Assembly: GCA_036844765.1 (NCBI GenBank)
Contig: DAIUFE010000001.1
Coordinates: 45,921 to 109,920 of the forward strand
From: Caproicibacter sp.
Lineage (GTDB): Bacteria; Bacillota; Clostridia; Oscillospirales; Acutalibacteraceae
Direction: 5' to 3'
DNA length: 64,000 nucleotides
Position numbers and translations under genes: made by a program. Below, piece by piece: positions 45,265-54,040 of the stretch; the stretch's first letter is position 1, and each line of letters begins with the position of its first letter. A model generated the notes under the pieces. That model did no database searches, was not told where the DNA came from, and saw nothing but the letters and a program-made list of their open reading frames with translations.

Positions 45265-46308
45265 ATGAAACCCGAGCTTTTGGCGGAAGCGCCCCCGGTC
45301 CTGCGGGAATTTCTCGGATATATCGGCACCATCAAAGGAAAATCCCCGAAGACCGTGGAGGAATACTACCTCGATCTGCGCACGTTTTTCCGCTATATCA
45401 AAAAAAGCCGCGGCCTCGTCCCTCCGGAAACGGACTTTGAAGCCGTCGGCATCGCAGACATCGACCTCGACCTGATCAAGACCATCGACCTGACCCAGGT
45501 GTTCGAGTATATGAATTTTTTAAGCACGGAGCGGAAAAACGGCGCGGATACCCGCTCCCGGAAAGTCGCGAGCCTGCGCAGCTTTTTCCGGTACCTGACC
45601 GCCAAGACGGGAAAGCTGAAAACCAACCCGGTGGAGGAACTGGAAACGCCCAAGCTGAAAAAATCGCTGCCCAAATTCCTGACGCTGGAGCAGAGCATCG
45701 AGCTGCTCTCCGCCGCCGAGGGCGCGCGGGACTACTGCATCCTCGTCCTTTTTTTGAACTGCGGCATGCGGCTTTCCGAGCTGGTCGGGCTGAACCTCAG
45801 CGATATCCGCCTGCGCGAAGGCACCATGAAAATCACCGGCAAGGGCAACAAGGAGCGGATCGTCTATCTGAACGACGCCTGCCTGGCCGCGCTCCGCAGC
45901 TATCTTGCCGTGCGGCCGAAGGACGGCCTGCTCGACCGGAACGCCCTGTTCATCAGCAAGCAGAGGAAACGGATCAGCCCGAAAACGGTGCAGTATCTGG
46001 TCAAGAAATACCTGGGCCGCATCGGCCTGGGCGGGCGCGGATATTCGGTCCACAAGCTGAGGCACACGGCCGCCACCCTGATGTACCAGCAGGGGCACGT
46101 GGATATCCGGGTTCTCAAAGACATCCTCGGGCACCAAAACCTCGGCACCACCGAAATCTACACCCACGTTTCCAGCGAGCAGATGGCGCGCGCGGCCCAG
46201 GCGAATCCGCTGGCCAAAATCCGCCGCCGGAAAGCGGCGGGCCCCGCCTCGGACCCCGCCGGGCGGGACGACAAAGACAAGAATACCGAAAAAGAGGGGA
46301 AAAAGTGA
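45265..46308 (+). CDS. tyrosine-type site-specific recombinase (XerC/XerD-family) with a Lys/Asp-rich C-terminal tail
   Basis: From ORF 45229..46308, with the start moved to MKPELLAEAP. It has an N-terminal SAM-like domain and the catalytic blocks GMRLSELVGL, HKLRHTAAT, LGHQNLGTTEIYTHV. Confidence 0.88.
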   Translation: MKPELLAEAPPVLREFLGYIGTIKGKSPKTVEEYYLDLRTFFRYIKKSRGLVPPETDFEAVGIADIDLDLIKTIDLTQVFEYMNFLSTERKNGADTRSRKVASLRSFFRYLTAKTGKLKTNPVEELETPKLKKSLPKFLTLEQSIELLSAAEGARDYCILVLFLNCGMRLSELVGLNLSDIRLREGTMKITGKGNKERIVYLNDACLAALRSYLAVRPKDGLLDRNALFISKQRKRISPKTVQYLVKKYLGRIGLGGRGYSVHKLRHTAATLMYQQGHVDIRVLKDILGHQNLGTTEIYTHVSSEQMARAAQANPLAKIRRRKAAGPASDPAGRDDKDKNTEKEGKK

Positions 46309-46315
46309 CGGGCCG

Positions 46316-47161
46316 TCATTTCTGGCTGTCCGTAAACGTGGGCTCCTCTGCGTCCTGATCCGCGCCCTGCAGCCGCTTCTTCTCCGCTTCCTGCTTTTTG
46401 TAGGGCTGGATCATCATCTTGTCGATCAGCGGATAGACCGCAAAATTGACCAGGAAGGAGCAGTAGGCAAACAGGAGGAACACCGCGAAAAGAATGGCGA
46501 GCAGGATCGTCAGGACCATGATCTGCGCGAGATACAGCACCAGGACCAGCAAGGCGAGCAGCACGGTGACCAGCAGGTTCCGCCACAGGCCGAGGATCGC
46601 GAAAATCAGCGCGTTTTTATAGACCTGTCTGAGGCCCAGGTCGAAGGTGACGAGCATTACCGGCACATAATACTGGCCGAACAGCAGCAGCACCGAGACC
46701 GCGACGCAGACGGCGGCCGCCACCATGAACAGCCCGTTGTCCGCGCCGTTCTGCCAGTAAAACGGGATGGAATAGCTCAGGACCATGGCGACCGCGTAGC
46801 ACAGCGCGCCGTTGATCAGGAACGCCTTCCAGTTGCCCTTCACCGCGTCCATGAAATCCGAGAGGATAAACGCGTGCTCTTCCCGCACGTAATTCCGGGT
46901 GACGAAGGTCAGGCCGGCAACGAAGGGCGACAGCAGGATCACGGGGAGCAGCACGACCGGCGTGAACGTCGTCTTGGAGTTGATCCAGAACACGAGAAAA
47001 ACGACGACTGCCGTCGGGATGCAAAACAGGAGATTCAGCTTGATCAGGTCGAAGAATTTGCGGCCCAGGATGGTGAAGAACCGCGGCACGGCCTTCTGCG
47101 GCGGCGCGTTTTTGGGGACGCCGGGGCCGGGGCGGTCGTAATTCATACTGAAGAGACCCAA
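46316..47161 (-). CDS. YesL/DUF624-family membrane protein
   Basis: 281-aa multi-TM ORF. The N-terminal FFTILGRKFFDLIKLNLLFC pattern is typical of DUF624. Confidence 0.7.
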   Translation of the reverse strand: MGLFSMNYDRPGPGVPKNAPPQKAVPRFFTILGRKFFDLIKLNLLFCIPTAVVVFLVFWINSKTTFTPVVLLPVILLSPFVAGLTFVTRNYVREEHAFILSDFMDAVKGNWKAFLINGALCYAVAMVLSYSIPFYWQNGADNGLFMVAAAVCVAVSVLLLFGQYYVPVMLVTFDLGLRQVYKNALIFAILGLWRNLLVTVLLALLVLVLYLAQIMVLTILLAILFAVFLLFAYCSFLVNFAVYPLIDKMMIQPYKKQEAEKKRLQGADQDAEEPTFTDSQK

Positions 47162-47174
47162 AGCATCGTCACTC

Positions 47175-48068
47175 CTAACTCAATTTTGCACGGGGATGGC
47201 ACTGATTGTAGACTTCCTTGAAATGGTCGTTCAGCAGATGCGCGTAAACCTGGGTGGAGGAAATGTCGGCGTGCCCCAGCATCGCCTGAAGATCCTTGAG
47301 CGCCGCGCCGTTTTCCAGCAGATGAAGCGCAAACGAATGGCGCAGCGTGTGCGGCGTGATCTCCTTGACGATCTTCGCCCGGCCCGCGTAAAGCTTCACG
47401 ATCTTCCAGAACCCCTGCCGCGTGAGGCGGCAGCCGTTCCGGTTGACGAACAGGGCCTGTCCCCCCTCTGGGGAAACCATCTGCGAGCGGACGCGCAGCA
47501 TATAATCGGAGACCGCGGCGACGGCGGTCGGGTGGATCGGAACGACCCGGTGCGACCTTCCTCCGCAGCAGGAAAGCCGGCCCGAACGGATATCGACATC
47601 CTCGACGTTGAGCTCGACCAGCTCCGAGACGCGCAGGCCGGTGGCGTAGAGGAGCTCCAGCATCGCTTTGTCTCGGCAGCCCTTCAACTCCGAGGGATCC
47701 GGCTGCGCGAGCAGCAGCTCGATCTCTTTGCCGCTGAGGATCTGGGGGGCCTTTTTCGGCACTTTCTGGAGCTTGACCGACTTTGCAGGATTGATACCCG
47801 CCTGGCCGCCGGCCATCAGGAATCGGTAAAAGCAGCGGAGCGAAGCGACGTTCCGCACCAGCGTGGCGCCGGACCGGTTCAGGCTTTTCAGATAGTCGAT
47901 GTATTCGCCGATCTCTGCGGCAGAAACGCCGGCGGGGTCGCGCGCGCCGTTCCGGTCCGTGAACCGAAGGAAATTCCTCACGTCGCGGACATAGGAAGCC
48001 ACCGTGTTCCGGGAAGCCGCCTTCCGTTTCGTGAGATAGTCCTCAAATTCCGCACCGTAATCCCTCAT
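47175..48068 (-). CDS. xerD: site-specific tyrosine recombinase XerD
   Basis: In-frame tail of ORF 47175..48293 from MRDYGAEFEDYL (ATG 48068). Catalytic blocks GLRVSELVEL, HTLRHSFA, LGHADISSTQVYAH. The spoIIM-xerD synteny is typical of Firmicutes. Confidence 0.88.
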   Translation of the reverse strand: MRDYGAEFEDYLTKRKAASRNTVASYVRDVRNFLRFTDRNGARDPAGVSAAEIGEYIDYLKSLNRSGATLVRNVASLRCFYRFLMAGGQAGINPAKSVKLQKVPKKAPQILSGKEIELLLAQPDPSELKGCRDKAMLELLYATGLRVSELVELNVEDVDIRSGRLSCCGGRSHRVVPIHPTAVAAVSDYMLRVRSQMVSPEGGQALFVNRNGCRLTRQGFWKIVKLYAGRAKIVKEITPHTLRHSFALHLLENGAALKDLQAMLGHADISSTQVYAHLLNDHFKEVYNQCHPRAKLS

Positions 48069-48088
48069 TCGGATTTCCCCTTTGCTCG

Positions 48089-48745
48089 TTAAAAAGAAAA
48101 CAGGCCGCCGAAGCACACCGAGAACACCAGATCCAGCAGCGCCCCGGCGCAGGCGACCGCCAGCGCCGCCCCGAAGCGGAGAAAATAGCCGCGGATGCCG
48201 GAGGATTTTCCCTCCCCGCGGCTTTTCCCCGACGCGATCATGCGGGAAAACCGGATCCCCTCGAGAGACGCCATCAGGATGGAAAGGCAGCATACGAAAG
48301 CGCCGGGCAGGATCACGGCCAGGTTATATAAAATACCCTTTCCGCCGTAGACGGCGTACAGATACCCCGACGTGAGCCCCAGACCGAAGCCGCGGAAAAC
48401 CACCACGGCCGGGATGAAAAACGCTCCCCAGATCGAAAGGCCGCACAGAAAGCACGCGAGGATGAAGCAGAAGCTGGACGCGAAGGAGGCGGAAAACACC
48501 AGCAGGAACGGCTGGGTCGTCCGCGATTTGAAATTCCCGGCGAAAAGGAAGTCCAGTTGCTCGAGCGACCCATAGCCCGCGTTCCTGGCGTAGAGGGAAC
48601 CCAGCGCCACCCCGGCCAGCAGCACCAGCGAAAGCAGAACCATGGCGCGGTTCCCGCGGGCGGCCCGCAGCACGGCCCCGGCCCATCCGTTCCCCGCGGA
48701 GAGAGCATGCCGGCGCCTCGGGCGGCTCACAATCACGACTCCCAT
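48089..48745 (-). CDS. spoIIM: stage II sporulation protein M
   Basis: 218-aa multi-TM ORF adjacent to xerD. Its size, topology and synteny fit SpoIIM, and a sigmaE-like promoter lies upstream. Confidence 0.65.
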   Translation of the reverse strand: MGVVIVSRPRRRHALSAGNGWAGAVLRAARGNRAMVLLSLVLLAGVALGSLYARNAGYGSLEQLDFLFAGNFKSRTTQPFLLVFSASFASSFCFILACFLCGLSIWGAFFIPAVVVFRGFGLGLTSGYLYAVYGGKGILYNLAVILPGAFVCCLSILMASLEGIRFSRMIASGKSRGEGKSSGIRGYFLRFGAALAVACAGALLDLVFSVCFGGLFSF

Positions 48746-48786
48746 CCAACCCTTCCCCCCACGAACATCTCAAAACATCTCAACAA

Positions 48787-48813
48787 AATGTATGTGGGAC
48801 AAAGCGATTCTAT
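48787..48813 (-). promoter_or_regulatory. sigmaE-like sporulation promoter upstream of spoIIM
   Basis: The minus strand reads ATA, 16 nt, then CATACATT. This fits the B. subtilis sigmaE consensus (ATA-16/18-CATACA-T). It lies approx. 42 nt upstream of the spoIIM start. Confidence 0.3.
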
Positions 48814-48998
48814 TCCGTCGGGATCCTCCGCAGGAATGCTCCGGACCCGCCTTTGACGGGAGATAAATCTTATGGTAGTACATTTTCCCCGGTGAATCAA
48901 GCCTAAAAAGAACCGCGGCCTATTTTCATGAGAAAGAGAAAAAAATCAGGCGGCGGATTGTGTAAATCTACAGATTTTTCGTCAAACCGACAAAAGTC

Positions 48999-50405
48999 TC
49001 AGGCGTTTGTTTTTTCCGGATTTTGCTTTTCGCTCCGGGGCGACTCGCCGGCCAGAGCAGCCTGAATCATCACGGCGCACTCGACCCGCTTCTTTTCCAG
49101 GGCGCAGGAGATGCGGTGCGGCTTTTGAACGTCTCCCTCGTACTGCCAGTTGTTCGCGTTGCATCCGCCGCTGCAGTAGAACTTGGCCCAGCAGCCGACG
49201 CATTTCGGCTTGGTGTAGACGTTGATCGCGGCAAAGCGGTCCCTCATCCCCGTATCGAACGAGCCGTCCAGAAGATTGCCCATTTTCCACTGCTCGTTCC
49301 CGACGAACTGATGGCAGGGATAGAGGTCGCCCGAAGGGGTCACGGCGACATATTCGTTGCCGCAGCTGCAGCCGCGCAGCCGCTTGATGACGCAGGGACC
49401 CTGGTCCAGGTCGATCATGAAGTGAAAGAAGTCGAAGCCCTTTCCCGCTTTTTTCCGCTCGATGACCAGGTCCGAAAGCCGGTCGTATTCCTCGAAGATC
49501 CTCGGCAGGTCTGTCTCCTGGATCGCGTAGTCCAGCCGGGCGTCGGACACGACCGGCTCCACGGAGATCCGGTCGAAGCCGAGGTCCAGCATCTTGCGCA
49601 CGTCGTTCGTGAAATCGAGATTATAGCGGGAATAGGTGCCGCGTATGTAGTAGTCCTTCTCCTTCGGCCGGCGGGCCACCAGCTTCTGGAATCTCGGCAC
49701 GATGGAATCGTAGCTCCCGCTGCCGTCCACCCGGACGCGCAGGCGGTCGTTGACCTCTTTCCGCCCGTCCAGCGAGAGGATGCAGTTCGACATTTCCCGG
49801 TTGATGAAGTCGATGTTTTCGTCATTCAGCATCAGGCCGTTCGTCGTGACGGTGAAGCGGAAATTTTTGTTCCGTTTCTTTTCGAGGCTCCGCGCGTAGG
49901 CGACCGTGCGCCGGACCACGTCGAAATTCATCAGGGGTTCTCCGCCGAAAAAGTCCACCTCCAGATTGTGCCGGGGGCCCGAACGTTCCACGAGGAAGTC
50001 GATCGCGCGCCTGGCGACGTCGAACGGCATCAGCATGCGCGCGCCGCCGAAATCCCCCTGCGCCGCAAAGCAGTACCGGCACCGCAGATTGCAGTCGTGG
50101 GCGACGTTCAGACACATGGATTTGATCGGAGCGCCCTTCAGCAGAGCCGCGAAGCGCCCGTACCCGTCGGGCGAAAAAAGCTGGCCCCCGCGGTACAGCG
50201 CCCGGAGCTCCCCGTACGCCTCCCGCAGCGTGTCTTCGGGAAAGCGGCGCTTCAGGGCATCCATCATCCCGCGGGGAGGCTCGTCCGGCACCGAGTCCTC
50301 AAGGTAATCCAGCATGGCGAACGGGGCTTCGCCGAAAAGGTGGACGGCCCCGCTGTTGGTATCCAGAACGATACGGTAGCCGTTCTGCGTATATTTGTGA
50401 ATCAT
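48999..50405 (-). CDS. scfB: radical SAM/SPASM thioether-forming maturase of the SCIFF peptide
   Basis: 468-aa ORF with the N-terminus MIHKYTQNGYRIVLDTNSGAVH, a CNLRCRYC rSAM cluster motif, and C-terminal SPASM Cys clusters (GCSCGNEY...YPCHQF...CVGCWAKFYCSGGC). It sits directly downstream of the six-Cys peptide gene. Confidence 0.9.
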   Translation of the reverse strand: MIHKYTQNGYRIVLDTNSGAVHLFGEAPFAMLDYLEDSVPDEPPRGMMDALKRRFPEDTLREAYGELRALYRGGQLFSPDGYGRFAALLKGAPIKSMCLNVAHDCNLRCRYCFAAQGDFGGARMLMPFDVARRAIDFLVERSGPRHNLEVDFFGGEPLMNFDVVRRTVAYARSLEKKRNKNFRFTVTTNGLMLNDENIDFINREMSNCILSLDGRKEVNDRLRVRVDGSGSYDSIVPRFQKLVARRPKEKDYYIRGTYSRYNLDFTNDVRKMLDLGFDRISVEPVVSDARLDYAIQETDLPRIFEEYDRLSDLVIERKKAGKGFDFFHFMIDLDQGPCVIKRLRGCSCGNEYVAVTPSGDLYPCHQFVGNEQWKMGNLLDGSFDTGMRDRFAAINVYTKPKCVGCWAKFYCSGGCNANNWQYEGDVQKPHRISCALEKKRVECAVMIQAALAGESPRSEKQNPEKTNA

Positions 50406-50437
50406 GGGATTTCAAATTCTCCAGACAAATAAAGAGT

Positions 50438-50460
50438 AAGGGACAGAAAACCTGTCCCTT
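50438..50460 (-). terminator. intercistronic hairpin (putative partial terminator/attenuator) between scfA and scfB
   Basis: The minus-strand RNA reads AAGGGACAG-GUUUU-CUGUCCCUU, followed by ACUCUUUAUUUGU. Confidence 0.55.
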
Positions 50461-50480
50461 CCAAAAAAGAAAAACTCAGT

Positions 50481-50627
50481 TTACCGGTTGGTGTTTTCAC
50501 ACTTCTGGTTGGTGACCGTGCAGGAAGTCTTGCAGGCGGACTGGCAGGACGCCTGGCACTCGCCGCAGCCGCCTTTTTCCGCGCTTTCCTTCAGGGCGGC
50601 GCGATTCAGCGTTTTGATCTGCTTCAA
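50481..50627 (-). CDS. scfA: SCIFF (six-cysteines-in-forty-five) ribosomal peptide precursor, 48 aa
   Basis: Not in the ORF track (below its size cut-off). My own translation of the minus strand runs from TTG 50627 to TAA 50481, with GGAGG 8 nt upstream: MKQIKTLNRAALKESAEKGGCGECQASCQSACKTSCTVTNQKCENTNR. It has six Cys and the GGCGEC core. Confidence 0.88.
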   Translation of the reverse strand: MKQIKTLNRAALKESAEKGGCGECQASCQSACKTSCTVTNQKCENTNR

Positions 50628-50664
50628 TTTTTAAGCCTCCGTTTCCCATCAAGATGCAATCCAT

Positions 50665-50692
50665 ATTATAGCACGCGGGCGACGATAATCAA
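50665..50692 (-). promoter_or_regulatory. candidate promoter for scfA
   Basis: On the minus strand: TTGATT (50692-50687), a 16-nt spacer, then TATAAT (50670-50665), approx. 38 nt upstream of the scfA start. Confidence 0.35.
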
Positions 50693-50696
50693 AGCC

Positions 50697-51113
50697 TTAT
50701 TTTCGTCCGGATTTCCCGTTCACGGCGAGGAATCCGCCCACGCCGCCGGCCAGGGCCATGACCAGCAGACGGAGCTCCGATTCTCCGGTGACGATCCCCT
50801 GGCAGGCGATCAGCCCGGAGACCAGAAACAGCAGGAACAGCAGCAGGCCGGAGAAGACGCCGAAAATCAGCCCGCGCCGCCGCGAGATCCGCGCGGTGAC
50901 AAAGCCCGCGAAGCCGGCGCTCAGCACCGAGACGGCGAGGATGAACGGCGGCAGAAAACCGTGCGGAAGATTTTCGGACGACACGAACGCAAGGGCGCAC
51001 AGCGCCAGCAGAACGGCGCACAGCGCCGCCCCGCACACGGAGCCGACGACCACGGCCTTGACGGCGACCCACACGGGCCGGCGGCCGATCGCCGCGCCGG
51101 AACCACCTTTCAC
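50697..51113 (-). CDS. small 4-TM membrane protein (TIGR04086-like family, recalled from memory)
   Basis: 138-aa ORF with a GTG start and GAAGGAGG upstream. It is hydrophobic and Gly/Ala-rich. Its position between yajC and scfA fits the synteny as I recall it in Clostridia. Confidence 0.65.
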   Translation of the reverse strand: MKGGSGAAIGRRPVWVAVKAVVVGSVCGAALCAVLLALCALAFVSSENLPHGFLPPFILAVSVLSAGFAGFVTARISRRRGLIFGVFSGLLLFLLFLVSGLIACQGIVTGESELRLLVMALAGGVGGFLAVNGKSGRK

Positions 51114-51230
51114 GGAGAACCGCCTCCTTCAACTTCTCGCCATATAGATATTCGCAGGAGGCGGCGTATATTCATCTTTCTTTCGGACCGCGATCCCCCC
51201 CGCGGGGGATCCGGCAAAAGGGAAGCGCGG

Positions 51231-51566
51231 TTATTCCGCGTCGTCGTGGATGGTGTCCACGCTGCCGATGGCCCATTTCTTGATCTTGATCTTCGCGCGG
51301 TCGGAGCCGGTCTCCACGATCAGCACGTTCGCGTCCTCCTTGATGCCGACGACGCGGCCCACGATGCCGCCGATGGTGGTGATATTATCCCCGACCTGCA
51401 CGCTGTTGCGCATCTTGTCTTCTTTTTTCTTCTTTTTCTGCTGGGGGCGGATCAAAAGGAAATAAAAAATACCGCCCATCGCGACCAGCCAGAGGATCAT
51501 GAACCAAGGGCTTTCCGCCTGCGCGGCGCTGTTCGTCGTCAAAAAAATATTCATGAACTGCGGCAC
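51231..51566 (-). CDS. yajC: preprotein translocase subunit YajC
   Basis: 111-aa ORF with one N-terminal TM helix, then IRPQQKKKKKEDKMRNSVQVGDNITTIGGIVGRVVGI, typical of YajC. Confidence 0.9.
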   Translation of the reverse strand: MPQFMNIFLTTNSAAQAESPWFMILWLVAMGGIFYFLLIRPQQKKKKKEDKMRNSVQVGDNITTIGGIVGRVVGIKEDANVLIVETGSDRAKIKIKKWAIGSVDTIHDDAE

Positions 51567-51622
51567 CTCCGTTTTTTCATGTCCTGATTATATCAATAAA
51601 CCGGGGCCCTTGCAAGACTTTC

Positions 51623-52753
51623 TTAGATTCTTTGCCCAATCCGCCCAATCGATTCGCTGAAAAACTCCGAAAACCGGCCTTCGTCCAGCGCGGAACGGAT
51701 GCGCTCGAGCAGGGTGTTGTAGTAATAGACGTTGTGCATCACGCACAGCCGCATGGCCAGCATCTCGCCGCTCTTGAAAAGGTGGTGGAGATACGCGCGG
51801 CTGAAATTGCGGCAGACGGGGCAGCCGCATTCCGGGTCGAGCGGCCGGTCGTCCAGCTCGTACTTCGCGTTGAACAGGTTGCGGCAGCCTTCCCCCGTGA
51901 ACGCATGGCCGTGGCGCGCATTGCGCGTGGGGAGCACGCAGTCGAACAGATCGACGCCGCGCCGGACGGCCTCCAGGATATTCGCGGGGGTCCCGACACC
52001 CATCAGGTAGCGGGGCTTGTCCTTCGGCATTTCCGGCTCCACCGTCTCGATGATATGGTACATGACCTCGGCGCTCTCCCCCACCGCAAGGCCGCCGATC
52101 GCGTAGCCGTCGAGGTCCAGCTCGCGGATGCGGCGCATGCAGTCGACGCGCAGGTCTTCGTAGGTGCTACCCTGGTTGATGCCGAACAGCATCTGCCGCG
52201 GGTTCAGCGTGCCCGGCAGGGCGTTGAGCCGGTCCAGCTCCGCCTTCGAGCGGTACAGCCAGCGCACGGTGCGCGCGCACGAAGCGCGGGCGTACTCGTA
52301 TTCCGCCGGATTTTTGACACACTCGTCGAACGCCATGGCGATGGTGGAGGCGAGGTTGGACTGGATCCGCATGCTCTCCTCCGGGCCCATGAAGATTTTG
52401 TGCCCGTCGATATGCGAGGCGAAGGTGACGCCTTCCTCCGCGATATCCCGCAGCTTCGCGAGGGAAAAGACCTGGAACCCCCCGCTGTCCGTCAGGACGG
52501 GGCCGTCCCACCGGGTGAAGCGGCGCAGCCCGCCGAGCTTCCGCACGACCTCGTCCCCGGGGCGCAGATGCAGGTGGTAAGTGTTGCAGAGCTGGACCTG
52601 GCATTTCAAATCTTTAAGGTCCAGCGCCGAGACCGCGCCCTTGATGGCCCCGCAGGTCGCCACGTTCATGAACGCGGGCGTCTGAACCGTTCCGTGCGGC
52701 GTCGCCAGCTCGCCGCGCCGGGCCGCGCCCTCCGTTTTCAAAAGCCGAAACAT
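51623..52753 (-). CDS. tgt: tRNA-guanosine(34) transglycosylase
   Basis: 376-aa ORF with TPAFMNVAT, LTDSGGFQVFSL and GLAVGE blocks and a zinc site (CGCPVC...H). Confidence 0.95.
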   Translation of the reverse strand: MFRLLKTEGAARRGELATPHGTVQTPAFMNVATCGAIKGAVSALDLKDLKCQVQLCNTYHLHLRPGDEVVRKLGGLRRFTRWDGPVLTDSGGFQVFSLAKLRDIAEEGVTFASHIDGHKIFMGPEESMRIQSNLASTIAMAFDECVKNPAEYEYARASCARTVRWLYRSKAELDRLNALPGTLNPRQMLFGINQGSTYEDLRVDCMRRIRELDLDGYAIGGLAVGESAEVMYHIIETVEPEMPKDKPRYLMGVGTPANILEAVRRGVDLFDCVLPTRNARHGHAFTGEGCRNLFNAKYELDDRPLDPECGCPVCRNFSRAYLHHLFKSGEMLAMRLCVMHNVYYYNTLLERIRSALDEGRFSEFFSESIGRIGQRI

Positions 52754-52843
52754 CGTTCTCCCCCGCGCCTTTCTTCAGAGAATCAGCATGAAGTTTTTGC
52801 TTCTCCCCGCCTTCAGCGGGGAGAAGCAATTTTCAAAGATCGG

Positions 52844-53869
52844 TCAGACGATCAGCATCGCGTCGCCGAAGCTGAAAAAGCGGTATTTCTCCCGGACCGC
52901 CACCCGGTAGGCGTTCATGATATGGTCGTACCCCGCCAGCGCGGAAACCAGCATGATCAGCGTGCTTTCCGGCAGATGGAAGTTGGTGATGAGGCCGTCC
53001 ATCGCCTTGAACTTGAAGCCGGGATAGATGAAGATATCCGTCCAGCCCGCACATTCCCGGACGCCGCCCTCCTGCGCCGCGACGGTCTCGAGCGTCCGGC
53101 AGCTCGTGGTGCCGACGCAGATCACCCGGCCTCCGTTTTCGCGCGTGCGGCGGATCAGGTCGGCCGCCTTCCTGGGCATATAATAATGCTCGGAGTGCAT
53201 CTTGTGGTCGGTGATCTTTTCCGCCGTGACCGGGCGGAACGTGCCGAGGCCGACGTGCAGCGTCACGAACGCCATGCCGACCCCTTTGCGGCGGATCTTT
53301 TCGAGCAGCTCCGGCGTGAAATGCAGGCCGGCCGTCGGCGCGGCCGCCGACCCGACCTCTTTGGAGTAGACGGTCTGGTACCGCTCGTTGTCCTTCAGCT
53401 CGGATTTGATATAGTGCGGCAGCGGCATCTGGCCGATCCGGTCGAGAATCTCATAGAAATTCCCGTCGCAGGAAAACTCCGCGATCCGGTTGCCGTCGTC
53501 CGTCACGTCGAGGATCTCGGCCCGCAGGAGCCCGTCCCCGAAGGTGAAGCGGGCGCCCGGCCTGGCCCGGCGGCCCGGCCCGGTCAGGACCTCCCACACA
53601 TCGCCGGACCGGTGCGTCAGCAGCAGGAATTCCACTTTGGCCCCCGTCCCCTCCTTGACGCCGTACAGCCGCGCCGGAAGCACGCGGGAATCGTTCAGCA
53701 CAAGGCAGTCCTCCGGGTTCAGGTACTCCGCGATGTCGTAAAAATGCCGGTGCTCGATTGCACCCGTCTTTTTATCGAGAACCATCAGCCGGGAGGAATC
53801 CCGCGGTTCCGCCGGCGTCTGGGCGATCAGTTCTTTCGGCAGATCGTAGGCAAAGTCGCTTGTCTTCAT
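52844..53869 (-). CDS. queA: S-adenosylmethionine:tRNA ribosyltransferase-isomerase
   Basis: In-frame tail of ORF 52844..53959 from [19 protein letters not shown] (ATG 53869). Blocks [23 protein letters not shown] and CVGTTS support the call. Confidence 0.94.
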   Translation of the reverse strand: MKTSDFAYDLPKELIAQTPAEPRDSSRLMVLDKKTGAIEHRHFYDIAEYLNPEDCLVLNDSRVLPARLYGVKEGTGAKVEFLLLTHRSGDVWEVLTGPGRRARPGARFTFGDGLLRAEILDVTDDGNRIAEFSCDGNFYEILDRIGQMPLPHYIKSELKDNERYQTVYSKEVGSAAAPTAGLHFTPELLEKIRRKGVGMAFVTLHVGLGTFRPVTAEKITDHKMHSEHYYMPRKAADLIRRTRENGGRVICVGTTSCRTLETVAAQEGGVRECAGWTDIFIYPGFKFKAMDGLITNFHLPESTLIMLVSALAGYDHIMNAYRVAVREKYRFFSFGDAMLIV

Positions 53870-53942
53870 GTCGTGCAGGTCAAGTCCCATGATTTGACGT
53901 CTCCATTCTCCGATTGATGCTAACCCGTTTATTATAAATAAA

Positions 53943-53972
53943 TTGACAATCAATAGCAACCCATGCTATTAT
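53943..53972 (+). promoter_or_regulatory. sigmaA-type promoter for the L-box/asd operon
   Basis: TTGACA (53943-53948), an 18-nt spacer, then TGcTATTAT (extended -10; hexamer 53967-53972). Confidence 0.5.
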
Positions 53973-54040
53973 GTTTTTATATAGGGATCGATACAAAAAG
54001 CTTTCCGCAGTTCAACAGGAAAAGCTGTCACATACGCCAC

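Noticed and set aside
45265-48068. Possible integrated mobile element, suggested by two tyrosine recombinase genes 0.9 kb apart.
   Set aside because: There are no phage, transposase, conjugation or cargo genes between or around them. I could find no flanking direct repeats, and no tRNA gene is nearby. xerD sits in its usual spoIIM-xerD housekeeping synteny, and GC content looks uniform. These are most simply chromosomal Xer-type recombinases.
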